Assembly: GCA_036397835.1 (NCBI GenBank)
Contig: DASWIG010000188.1
Span: 18,964 to 82,963, forward strand
DNA length: 64,000 nt
DNA from: Thermoanaerobaculia bacterium
GTDB taxonomy: Bacteria; Acidobacteriota; Thermoanaerobaculia; Multivoradales; J023
Direction: 5' to 3'
Under the pieces are notes generated by a model. It was given only the letters and a program-made list of their open reading frames with translations, was not told the DNA's origin and did no database searches. A program made the position numbers and the translations under genes. This document shows positions 55,468 through 64,000 of this stretch, piece by piece; the stretch's first letter is position 1, and each line of letters opens with the position of its first letter.

Positions 55468-56387
55468 CTCGCGATCCCCCGGCGCTGGGATCTCGCCGCG
55501 GCGAACAGCCGGCCGGCGCGGACACGGGTCCTGGACAAGGCCGGGCGGCCCACCGTTTCCGCCGGCCTGGACCGCGCGGCGTAGAGGTTCCAGATCGGCG
55601 AGCTCTCGTAGTGGACGTCCTGATCGGCGACGACCGTGAACCCACGCTCTTCGAGGACCTCGCGCAGACGCTCCACGCGCCCCGCGACGTCGTGGACCTC
55701 GACGACCACCTGGCGGATCTTGGGCCAGTCGGCCGGCTCGATGCCGGCCAGCACGTCCTCCTCGCTCTTTTGCACGTCGATCTTGAGCAGGTCGATCCGC
55801 TCCACTCCCTCGTCGCGAATGACCTGGGAGAGCGGCAGCAGCTCGACGTCGAAAGTCTTGTTGCGCAACCGCTCGGCGAGCAGGTCGTCGGCATGCTCGA
55901 GGACCTCCTCGACGCCCTCGACGCCTTGACGCCGCTGATTCTCGAAGATCGATCGCAGGGCCTCGCGCTCCTCGTCTGGATCGCCGTAGAACGACGACAT
56001 GCCGGAGCTCGAGAGGTAGAAGGTGAGCGTGCCCCGGCCGCTGCGGCGCGAGACGCCGCAGTGGAACAGCCGCACGGCTTCGCCATGGCCGGCGGTGTTG
56101 TGGCGCAGGATCTCGAACAGTGCCGGCGCCGGCTCGAACGCGTAGACCCGGGCACGCGGGCTGAACCGGAGGGCGAAGAGCGTGAAGAGCCCGATGTTGG
56201 CCCCCACGTCGAAGACGCACTCCGCGTCCGAGAGATCGATACCGTGGCGCACGTAGATCCTCTTGACGAAGATGTCCTCGTAGAAGTACCTCGCCTCGCT
56301 GGTGGTCTGACAGGCGATCTCCAGACCGTTGGGCAGGCTGAGCCGACGCGGGACCGAAGCGCTGATCGGGGGTAGGGGTTCCGGCAC
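55464..56387 (-). CDS. FkbM-family SAM-dependent methyltransferase, 307 aa
   Basis: GTG start at 56387 (12 nt after the upstream NRPS TAG at 56402-56400). ECVFDVGANIGLFTLFALRFSP is the FkbM-family SAM-binding signature; the TGA stop overlaps the PKS ATG. Confidence 0.75.
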   Translation of the reverse strand: MPEPLPPISASVPRRLSLPNGLEIACQTTSEARYFYEDIFVKRIYVRHGIDLSDAECVFDVGANIGLFTLFALRFSPRARVYAFEPAPALFEILRHNTAGHGEAVRLFHCGVSRRSGRGTLTFYLSSSGMSSFYGDPDEEREALRSIFENQRRQGVEGVEEVLEHADDLLAERLRNKTFDVELLPLSQVIRDEGVERIDLLKIDVQKSEEDVLAGIEPADWPKIRQVVVEVHDVAGRVERLREVLEERGFTVVADQDVHYESSPIWNLYAARSRPAETVGRPALSRTRVRAGRLFAAARSQRRGIAR

Positions 56388-56399
56388 CTGTGAGATCCT

Positions 56400-59300
56400 C
56401 TAGCCAAGTGAGCGGGGAGCACGCCTGCCCTCGCGGCGGCGCTGCATGAATTGCTTTTGCCGGTCGAGAGCGCCCGACGCCGCGATCGCTTCGCTCTGGC
56501 GCCGCGCCCTCTCGCGGCTCTGCTCGACGTTGTCCGCGTCCGTGTGCTTGCCTTCCAGAAGCTGCGCCAGAGAAGCGATCGTGGGGCGGCGAAAGAGGTC
56601 GACGAGAGAAACCGGGCCGGTGAAGCTGCGCTGGATCTCCTGATGGACGCGGACGAGGAGCAGCGAGGTCCCACCTGCCTCGAAGAAGTTCTCGTTGCGG
56701 CCGACGCGGTCGATCTTCAGCACCTCTTTCCACACGGCGGCGAGGCGCCGCTCGGTCTCGCCGGCGGGAGGAGCGAGCTGCGCTGCGTCGCCGCGGTGCC
56801 GGAACGTTTCCTGCCGCGGCAGGGCTCGGCGGTCGACCTTGCCGCTCACGGTCAGCGGCAGGGCCTCGAGGAAGGAGAAAAAGCTCGGCACCATGTGCTC
56901 GGGAAGGTGGCGGCGCGCCAGGGCGGCGAGCGCGGCCGGATCGGGCGGGGCGGCCGCGCCGCGCGGGACGACGAAGGCCACGAGCCGGCTCTCCGGCGCG
57001 TCGCCGTCCGGGGCCACGACCACCTGGCCCACCGCGGGGTGGCGGCGCAGAACCGACTCGATCTCTCCGGGCTCGATGCGGTAGCCGTTGAGCTTGAGCT
57101 GGTGGTCCACGCGGCCGAGGAACTCGAGGCTGCCGTCTCCGCGGCGCCGCGCCAGGTCCCCGGTGGCGTAGAGCCGGCCGCCGGGCACGACGGCGAAGGC
57201 GTCGGGCAGGAAACTGGCCGCGGTCAGCGCAGGCCGCCCGCAATAACCGCGCGCCAGGCCGGCACCGGCGATCAGGAGCTGTCCCGGCACCCGGGCCGGG
57301 GTGGGCCGAAGGTGGCGATCGAGCACGTAGATCCGCGTGTTGAGGATCTCGCGGCCGATGGCGACGGGGCCGGGGCCCGACTCGACGCGGCACGTGGCCG
57401 ACCAGATCGTGGTCTCGGTCGGGCCGTACACGTTGAGGATCCGGGCCCGCGTTTTCTCCCGCAGCTCGCTCAGGAGCGCCGGCGTCAACGTCTCGCCGCC
57501 GATCAAGAGCGTTTCGAGATTCGCCAGACCGGGAGCCGCGGCGCTGTCCGCCGCCAGGATCCTGGCCATCGACGGCGTACACTGCAGGTGGGTGACCTGA
57601 TGGCGCACGAGCTGCTCGGGCAGGGAGTAGCCCGTCTCCCGGACGGCCCGCGGCACGCCGTCACGGCGCAGGTCGGCGAGCGGCTCGAGGCTTTGCAGAA
57701 CGAGGTCGGCGTCGACTCCGAAATCGATCAGGCAGGCCACCTCGTCGACGCCGATCGAGCCGAGCGTGTGGATCGTCCGCGCGCAGGTTTCCGGGGTCCC
57801 CATGAGGCCGCTCTGATCGAAGTAGCGCTCGAAGCCGTGCGCCAGGACCGCTTCCTGCTCTTCGGGAGAGTAGTCCTCTGCCCGGCCCTGGCGGCCCAGG
57901 CTGCGCATCAGGTTGCTGACCAGCCCGGCCGAGCTGCGCAAGTAATCGTAGAACGGCTCGCGCACCAGCTCGCGCACCTCGTCGAGCCGCTCGCCCACGA
58001 AGGTGTGGAGCATCAACGTCACGTGCCCCTTGCCCGGGCCCCGGCCGGCCTCGCGCCAGGCCTGGCGGTAGACGGCGATCTTGTCGGCCACGTCGGCCAC
58101 GCTCTGGCCCAGCAGGTGGGTGAGAATCCCGGCCCCCATTTCGCCGGCGAGGCGAAACGTTTCGGGGTTGCCGCTGGCGGTGATCCACACGGGCAGCTCG
58201 GCCTGGACCGGCTGCGGACGGATCGTCACCGCGACCTCGTTGCCGCCGCCGCCCGCGAGCACTACCGCTTCGCCGTGCCAGAGGCGGCGCACCGTCTCGA
58301 TCTCGCGCAGCATGAGCTGCTTGCGGTCGGCGTAGTTGGCCGGGGCGAGGACGAAGTCGTCGGCATGCCAGCCGGAAGCGAAGGAGATTCCCACTCTTCC
58401 GCCCGAGATGTTGTCGACGACCGCCCACTCTTCGGCCACCCGCACCGGGTGGTGGAGAGGCAGGACCACGCTGCCGGCCCGGATCCCGACCTTCTCGGTG
58501 ACCGCGGCCACCGCCGATCCGGTGGTCGCGGGATTGGGATAGAGACCGCCGAAGTCGTGGAAGTGGCGCTCGGGTGTCCACACCGCGGCGAAACCGAGCC
58601 GATCCGCGGCTCGCGCCCCATCGAGGAGCAACCTATAAGCGCCGCCGCGGCGGCCGCCGGCGCCGGTTTGCGGCCGGGCGCTGGCGAAGTAGAAGAGACT
58701 GAGCTCCATGGCGCGCCGCGCCGCGGGCCGGGCGGCCCGGGCCGGCGTCTCCTGAGGGATCCCGCGGTGGCCTCCGAGCGAGTGTTGGAGGACGACGGTG
58801 GCGCCTCGGGTCAGCGTCCAGAAGAGCTCCAGCACCGAGATGTCGAAGGAAACGCTGGTGGCCGCGAGCCAGGTCCCCGGCTCGTCGCGCCCAAGGCGTT
58901 CATCCATGCCGGCGAAGAAGCTCACCACCTGGCGATGGGAGATCATGACCCCCTTGGGACGGCCGGTCGAGCCCGAGGTGTAGATGACGTAGGCCAGGTT
59001 GTCGGGCCCGGCCGGAAAAGGCCCGGCCGGGGCACGCCCGCGGGCGGCGGGGGTCAGGGATTCGACCCGGATTCCTTCGACGGACGCGCCCCCGTCCGGC
59101 GTGGCCGCCGAGCCCCGCACGAGGAGCAGGGCGGCGCCGGCGTCGGCCAGCATGAGCTCCCGGCGTCGTCGCGGGTAGGCCGGGTCGAGGGGCAGGTAGG
59201 CGCCGCCCGCCTTGAGCACGCCGAGCAAACCGACGACCAGCTCGGGACCACGGTCCATCTCGATCCCGACCACGATCTCCGGACCGACGCCCAGCGACTC

Positions 59301-62300
59301 GAGGCGGCGGGCGAGACGGCCGGCGCGGCGGTCGAGCTCCTCGTAGGTCAGCCGCTGGCCCTCGAAGTGAAGCGCCGGCGCCCCCGGCGACGCCGCGGCG
59401 CGCGTCTCGAAGAGCCCGTGAACCGTCGCCGGGGCGACGCCGCGCTCCGTGTCGGTCCACTCGCCCACGAGCTGCCACCGTTCGACTCGGCTGAGCACGT
59501 CGATCGCCGACAAGCGTAAGGCCGGATCCGAGGCCACGGCCTCGACGAGGCGCGCATAGTGGCAAGCCAGATGGCGGATCGTGGTGGCGTCGAAGAGCTC
59601 CGTCTTGTACTCGACGACGCCTGCAACGCCTTGCGCGGTTCGCCGCAGCGACAGCGTGAGGTCGAAGCGGGCGATCTCGGAGTCGAGGCTCATGGCCTGC
59701 GCCGCGACGCCTGGGAGCTCGAGGTCCTCGCCGACGGCGTGCCGGAAGTTGAACATCACCTGGAAGACCGGCGTGTAGGCGGGGCTACGCCGCGGCGCTA
59801 GATGCTCGACCACCCGCTCGAGGGGCACACCGAGGCGCGTGAAGGCCGTCAATACGGTTTCGCGGACCCGCTGCAGCAGGTTGGCGAAGCTCGGGTCGCC
59901 GGAGAGCCTGGTCCGCAAAGGCACCAGGTTGAGGAACAGCCCGATCAAGCCTTCGGTCCGCTGCTGGGGACGGTGGGAGACGGGAGAGCCCACCACGACG
60001 TCGGCTTCTCCCGTGTAGCGAAGGAGAAGGACCTTGAAGGCCGCCAGCAAGGTCATGAACAGGGTTGCGCCGTGGCGCCGGCTCATCCCGGTCAGGGCGT
60101 GCTCCGCGTCCGACGCCAGCCGCACCGCGCAACTGGCGCCCGCGAAGCCCATGACCGCCGGCCGAGGCCGGTCGGTGGGCAGCCCGAGCAGGGGCGGCGC
60201 CCCGGCCAGCGACTCCCGCCACTCGGCGAGCTCGCTCTCGGCGGCCCCGCTCTCGAGCCAGCGACGCTGCCAGGCCGCGTAGTCGGCATACTGCAAGGCC
60301 GGCTCCGGCAGGGTCGTGCCCGCGGCTCGCTCGCGACCGCTCCGGTAGAGCGCGCTCAGCTCGCCGACGAAGATCCGCAACGACTCCCCGTCGCTGACCA
60401 GGTGATGGGCGGCCACCAGCAGCACGTGGTCGCTTTCCCCTAGCCTGAGCACGGTGCAGCGCAGGGCGCCGCCGCGCTCCAGGTCGAACGGCCGCCCGAT
60501 CTCCCCGCGCATCCGGCGGCGGAGCTCGTCCGGGCGCACGCCGGCGGGAAGAGCGGAGAGGTCGGCGGTCGAAAGCGGCACCGGGGCGGGAGGAGCGAAG
60601 ACCTGCACCGGCCGCCCGTCTCGAATCTCTACTCGTAGCCGGAGGACTTGGTGGCGGCGAACGATCTCGTCGACGGCCTGCCCGAGCGCCGTCACCGAGA
60701 GCTCGCCGCGAAGCCGAAAGGCGCTCGCCAGGTTGTAGAGGGGACGGCCCGCGTGGAGATTCTCGAAGAACCACAGCCGCTCCTGGGCGAATGCCAGGGG
60801 CACGCCGTCCCGGTCCGCGAGAGGCTCGAGAGCCGGGACCGAGGGGCCGGCGCTCCGGCGCGCGCCGTCGATACCGGCGGCGAGCTCGGCGATCGACGGC
60901 CGCTCGAAGACCGTTCTCAACGCCATTTCGATCCCCAGGAGATCGCGAACCCGGGTCAGCATCCTCACGGCCAGGAGCGAGTGCCCTCCGAGCTCGAAAA
61001 AGCTCTGTTCTCGCCCCACGGTGCCCCGGTCCAGGAGCTCGCACCAGATCCCGGCCAGGAGCTCCTCCGTGGCGGTGCGCGGCTCGTCGCCAGGCTCCGG
61101 TTCGAGGGCCCGCGGCAGCGGCCGCTCTTCCAGAGCTCGTCGGTCCACCTTGCCGTTGGGGGTCAGAGGCAGAGAGTCGATAGCCGCGAAGTCGTGGGGC
61201 ACCATGTAGGGGGGCAGCTCGCCGCGCGCGTGCCGCGCCAGCTCGGCGAGCAATCGCGGCGCATCCCGCCGGCCGGGACTTGTCTGGACGTGGGCCCGAA
61301 GCCGGACCTCGCCATCCTCGGCCCGGTGCGCGGTCACCACCGCTCGGCGCACCGCCGGATGGCGCTCGAGCGCCGCTTCGATCTCCGCCGGCTCGATCCG
61401 GTACCCCAGGACCTTCAACTGGTGGTCGACCCGGCCGAGGAACTCCACGGCTCCGTCGGCCAGGCGGCGACACCGGTCACCGGTGCAGTAGAGGCGCTCC
61501 CCGGGCTCGCCGACGCGCGGATCGGGCACGAATCGCTGCGCCGTCGCCGCCGGTCGCCCCAAGTAGCCGCGGCCGACCGTGGCGCCGCCGACCAGGAGCT
61601 CTCCCGCCACCCCCGCCGGAGCCGCCCGCAGCGCCGAATCGGCCACCAACGCCCGCGTCTGCGGCAGGGGGCGGCCCAACGGCACCCGGTCGGTTTCCAG
61701 CGGACCGGGCTTGTGGTCGAGCGCCCAGGTCAGGCAGCCGACCGTGGCCTCGGTGGGCCCATAGTGGTTGAAGATGCGGCATTCAGGCGCGACCGCGCGG
61801 ACGCGGTCCACACTCTCGCGACTCGCCGCCTCGCCTCCCAGCACCAGGCGCAGCCGCGGCAGCACCTCGCCGAACCGGGAGGAGCCTGCCAACGCCGCCA
61901 GGTGCGAGGGCACGATCTTTGCGCAGTCGAGACGGTGCCTCAGGTTGTACTCGGCCAGCGCCTCGGCGTCGGCCGCAATCCTCGACGGCACCACGTGCAG
62001 ACGGCCGCCGCGGCAGAGCGCGGGAAAGACCATCGTGTGACCCAGGTCGGCGGCGAACGTCGTGAGCAGGGCGTAGGCGGCGCCTTCCGGCAGGCGGAGT
62101 CGCTCGCCGACGCCCCGGACGTAGGCGGCCAACTGGCGGCGCTCGATCGCCACGCCCTTGGGTGCTCCCGAGGAGCCCGACGTGAAGATCACGTAGGCCA
62201 GGTTCTCCGGACGGACCCGAACGGACGCATCCCGCCGCTCGTCGGCCCTGGACGGCCCCGGAGATGAACCGCCGTCCAGGAACAGGACCGGCGCGGCCGC

Positions 62301-64000
62301 GGGCAGGTCCGCGGCGAGCGCCGGGGTGGTGACGACCCCTCGCGGCCCGGCGTCGGCGAGCAACCGCGCCAGCCGGTGCCGAGGCTGGCCGGGCTCCAGG
62401 GGCAGGTAGGCGGCGCCGGCCTCGAGGACGCCCAGGATCACCACCACCATCGCGGCCGAGCGCTCCAGGTACGTGGCGACGACGTCGTCCGCGCCGACGC
62501 CCATCTGGCGCAAGCGCGCCGCCAACAGACCGGAGCGGCGGCGCAGCTCTCCGTAGGTCAGGCGCTCGTCGCCTCGGACCACGGCCACGGCGTCCGGGGT
62601 ACCGGCGGCGCGCTCGTCGATCTTGGCGTCGACGCTGGTGACCGCGTCGCCGCCGACGTCCGAGGGATCCCACTGCCAGAGCGCCTGTGATTGCTCCGCG
62701 CGGCTCAGCAGGGCCAGGTCAACCAGCCGCCGCTCCGGCGCCGCGGCGCCGCTCTCGAGGATCCTCCGGAAATGGCCGGCGAGCCGCCGGAGCGTGGTGG
62801 CGAAGAAGAGGTCCGTGCTGTATTCGAACGCTCCCCGCAATCCGGCCTGAGTCTCTTCGATCGCCAGCGTGAGGTCGTACTTTGCCGTCCCGGTGCCGAC
62901 CTCGAGGGGTCGCAGCGCGAGCCCCGCCGGCCGCCACTGCTCGCTCGGAGCGTTCTGGAGCACGAGCATCGCCTGGAAGATCGGCGTGCGCCCCGGCTCT
63001 CGCTTGGGAGCGAGCTCCGCCACCAAGCGCTCGAAGGGCAGGCCCTGGTGGTCGTAGGCCTCCAGACAAGCGCCGCGGGTGGAGCTGAGAAGCTCCGCGA
63101 ACCGCAGGCGGCCCGCCGGGAACCCGCGCAGCGCCAGCACGTTGACGAAGAAGCCCACGAGGCCTTCGAGCTCGCCCGCGCCCCGGTGCGCCGCCGGCGC
63201 GCCGACGGTCACGTCGTCCTGACCGGTGTGACGGTGGAGCAGGGTCTGTAAGGCCGCCAGCAGGGTCATGAAGAGCGTCACGCCGTGGCGCCGGCCGAGC
63301 GCCGCCACCTCCGTCGTGGTCTCCCGGCCCAGGGTGAAGGCCACCGCCGCCCCCCTCCCGGAACGCCGCGCGGGCCGCGGCCGGTCGGTGGGAAGCTCGA
63401 GCGGCGGCGCGCCCTCCAGCCGGCGGCGCCAGTAGCCGATCTCGTCGTCGAGCAGCGGTCCGCGGAGCCGAAGCCGTTCGCCGTGGGCGAAGTCGGCGTA
63501 CTGGAGAGGCAGCTCGGGCAGCGCCGGCGGCGCGCCCCGGCGGGCGCCGTCGTAGAAAGCACCGAGCTCTCGGGTGAGGAGGGCACGCGACCAGGCGTCG
63601 GAAACGACGTGGTGGAGGGTCCAGAGCAGCCAATGGCGTCCGCGGCCGAGAGCGAGGATCAGCACACGCCACGCCGGCGTCCGGCCCAGGTCGAAAGGCT
63701 GGCGCGCGGCATCGCGGGCGAGGTGCGCCGCCTCGAGCTCGCGGGCGGAGCAGGGCAGCGCCCCAAGGTCGACCCTGGGAAGCTCCACCGCGAACGGCGG
63801 GGCGATGCGCTGCACCGGCACGCCGCCGACCTCGGGAAATGACGTCCTGAGCACCTCGTGACGCCCCACGACGTTTTCGAGGGCCCAGGCGAGCGCGCCG
63901 TGATCGAGCTCGCCTTCGAGCTCGACGAAGTAGGGAAGATTGTAGGACGGGTCGCGAGGATCGAGGCGCTGGAGGAACCAGAGCTGCTCTTGAGCGGACG
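56400..64000 (-). CDS. NRPS, partial (N-terminus beyond right edge): C-A-PCP-C-A(MOx-embedded)-PCP, then a ~55-aa tail
   Basis: The frame is open to the window edge: ...SAQEQLWFLQRLDPRDPSYNLPYFVELEGELDHGALAWALENVV precedes the track's GTG-encoded M at 63869. HHVVSDAWS; A LAYVIFTSGSSGAPKGV; PCP FFELGGHSLLAVRM; C LAFAQERLWFF...AAHHLVSDGESL; A LAYVIYTSGSTGRPKGV...A4 SFDIS...[insert]...A5 LNVYGPTETT; PCP NFFEAGGTSLLLVRV (~56660-56700); TAG 56402-56400. No TE domain. Confidence 0.85.
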   Translation of the reverse strand, partial: SAQEQLWFLQRLDPRDPSYNLPYFVELEGELDHGALAWALENVVGRHEVLRTSFPEVGGVPVQRIAPPFAVELPRVDLGALPCSARELEAAHLARDAARQPFDLGRTPAWRVLILALGRGRHWLLWTLHHVVSDAWSRALLTRELGAFYDGARRGAPPALPELPLQYADFAHGERLRLRGPLLDDEIGYWRRRLEGAPPLELPTDRPRPARRSGRGAAVAFTLGRETTTEVAALGRRHGVTLFMTLLAALQTLLHRHTGQDDVTVGAPAAHRGAGELEGLVGFFVNVLALRGFPAGRLRFAELLSSTRGACLEAYDHQGLPFERLVAELAPKREPGRTPIFQAMLVLQNAPSEQWRPAGLALRPLEVGTGTAKYDLTLAIEETQAGLRGAFEYSTDLFFATTLRRLAGHFRRILESGAAAPERRLVDLALLSRAEQSQALWQWDPSDVGGDAVTSVDAKIDERAAGTPDAVAVVRGDERLTYGELRRRSGLLAARLRQMGVGADDVVATYLERSAAMVVVILGVLEAGAAYLPLEPGQPRHRLARLLADAGPRGVVTTPALAADLPAAAPVLFLDGGSSPGPSRADERRDASVRVRPENLAYVIFTSGSSGAPKGVAIERRQLAAYVRGVGERLRLPEGAAYALLTTFAADLGHTMVFPALCRGGRLHVVPSRIAADAEALAEYNLRHRLDCAKIVPSHLAALAGSSRFGEVLPRLRLVLGGEAASRESVDRVRAVAPECRIFNHYGPTEATVGCLTWALDHKPGPLETDRVPLGRPLPQTRALVADSALRAAPAGVAGELLVGGATVGRGYLGRPAATAQRFVPDPRVGEPGERLYCTGDRCRRLADGAVEFLGRVDHQLKVLGYRIEPAEIEAALERHPAVRRAVVTAHRAEDGEVRLRAHVQTSPGRRDAPRLLAELARHARGELPPYMVPHDFAAIDSLPLTPNGKVDRRALEERPLPRALEPEPGDEPRTATEELLAGIWCELLDRGTVGREQSFFELGGHSLLAVRMLTRVRDLLGIEMALRTVFERPSIAELAAGIDGARRSAGPSVPALEPLADRDGVPLAFAQERLWFFENLHAGRPLYNLASAFRLRGELSVTALGQAVDEIVRRHQVLRLRVEIRDGRPVQVFAPPAPVPLSTADLSALPAGVRPDELRRRMRGEIGRPFDLERGGALRCTVLRLGESDHVLLVAAHHLVSDGESLRIFVGELSALYRSGRERAAGTTLPEPALQYADYAAWQRRWLESGAAESELAEWRESLAGAPPLLGLPTDRPRPAVMGFAGASCAVRLASDAEHALTGMSRRHGATLFMTLLAAFKVLLLRYTGEADVVVGSPVSHRPQQRTEGLIGLFLNLVPLRTRLSGDPSFANLLQRVRETVLTAFTRLGVPLERVVEHLAPRRSPAYTPVFQVMFNFRHAVGEDLELPGVAAQAMSLDSEIARFDLTLSLRRTAQGVAGVVEYKTELFDATTIRHLACHYARLVEAVASDPALRLSAIDVLSRVERWQLVGEWTDTERGVAPATVHGLFETRAAASPGAPALHFEGQRLTYEELDRRAGRLARRLESLGVGPEIVVGIEMDRGPELVVGLLGVLKAGGAYLPLDPAYPRRRRELMLADAGAALLLVRGSAATPDGGASVEGIRVESLTPAARGRAPAGPFPAGPDNLAYVIYTSGSTGRPKGVMISHRQVVSFFAGMDERLGRDEPGTWLAATSVSFDISVLELFWTLTRGATVVLQHSLGGHRGIPQETPARAARPAARRAMELSLFYFASARPQTGAGGRRGGAYRLLLDGARAADRLGFAAVWTPERHFHDFGGLYPNPATTGSAVAAVTEKVGIRAGSVVLPLHHPVRVAEEWAVVDNISGGRVGISFASGWHADDFVLAPANYADRKQLMLREIETVRRLWHGEAVVLAGGGGNEVAVTIRPQPVQAELPVWITASGNPETFRLAGEMGAGILTHLLGQSVADVADKIAVYRQAWREAGRGPGKGHVTLMLHTFVGERLDEVRELVREPFYDYLRSSAGLVSNLMRSLGRQGRAEDYSPEEQEAVLAHGFERYFDQSGLMGTPETCARTIHTLGSIGVDEVACLIDFGVDADLVLQSLEPLADLRRDGVPRAVRETGYSLPEQLVRHQVTHLQCTPSMARILAADSAAAPGLANLETLLIGGETLTPALLSELREKTRARILNVYGPTETTIWSATCRVESGPGPVAIGREILNTRIYVLDRHLRPTPARVPGQLLIAGAGLARGYCGRPALTAASFLPDAFAVVPGGRLYATGDLARRRGDGSLEFLGRVDHQLKLNGYRIEPGEIESVLRRHPAVGQVVVAPDGDAPESRLVAFVVPRGAAAPPDPAALAALARRHLPEHMVPSFFSFLEALPLTVSGKVDRRALPRQETFRHRGDAAQLAPPAGETERRLAAVWKEVLKIDRVGRNENFFEAGGTSLLLVRVHQEIQRSFTGPVSLVDLFRRPTIASLAQLLEGKHTDADNVEQSRERARRQSEAIAASGALDRQKQFMQRRREGRRAPRSLG
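57650..58709 (-). other. Luciferase-like monooxygenase (LLM/MOx) domain inserted between A-domain cores A4 and A5
   Basis: ~350-aa insertion beginning MELSLFYFASARPQTG (ATG at 58709) and ending ...VDADLVLQSLEPLADLRRDG; the internal motifs GISFASGWHADDFV and AVWTPERHF are typical of the bacterial-luciferase/LLM fold. Confidence 0.7.

Noticed and set aside
53804-56674. 956-aa minus-strand ORF spanning the methyltransferase/KS region, and the first ~700 aa of track ORF 48424..57582
   Set aside because: S/R/T/P-rich or R/G/P-rich translations in frames overlapping the well-supported FkbM (55464..56387), KS (start 55467) and NRPS PCP (ends 56400) reading frames; these are wrong-frame read-throughs. 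The real PKS-NRPS starts at the ATG at 55467 (MSGSRIEG...).

Overview
High-GC (~70%) window almost entirely occupied by one very large hybrid NRPS/PKS biosynthetic gene cluster encoded on the minus strand. Two tightly coupled polycistronic operons (>=64000 down to 32969, and ~31489 down to <=1) together encode at least 15 NRPS modules and 2 PKS modules. Notable content read directly from the translations: three heterocyclisation (Cy) domains with Cys-type A domains, an FMN-oxidase (Ox) domain embedded in an A domain (thiazole formation), a luciferase-like monooxygenase (MOx) embedded in another A domain, an A-less C-PCP module, an E-like domain with a degenerate active site, a TauD/SyrP-like dioxygenase, and an FkbM-family methyltransferase. 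A single plus-strand gene of conspicuously lower GC (a GT-A glycosyltransferase-like protein) sits between the two operons. It is flanked by a divergent promoter region containing tandem 15-bp repeats and by a perfect 9-bp hairpin between convergent stops. Both window edges cut through megasynthase genes. The leftmost PKS-NRPS ORF (1..8565, >=2855 codons) is missing from the ORF track only because it has no stop codon inside the window. No TE or other release domain, rRNA, tRNA, CRISPR array or transposase is visible. The many long plus-strand ORFs are antisense or wrong-frame artefacts of high-GC coding DNA. Domain coordinates are approximate (about +/-100 nt); gene boundaries were checked against the nucleotide sequence.
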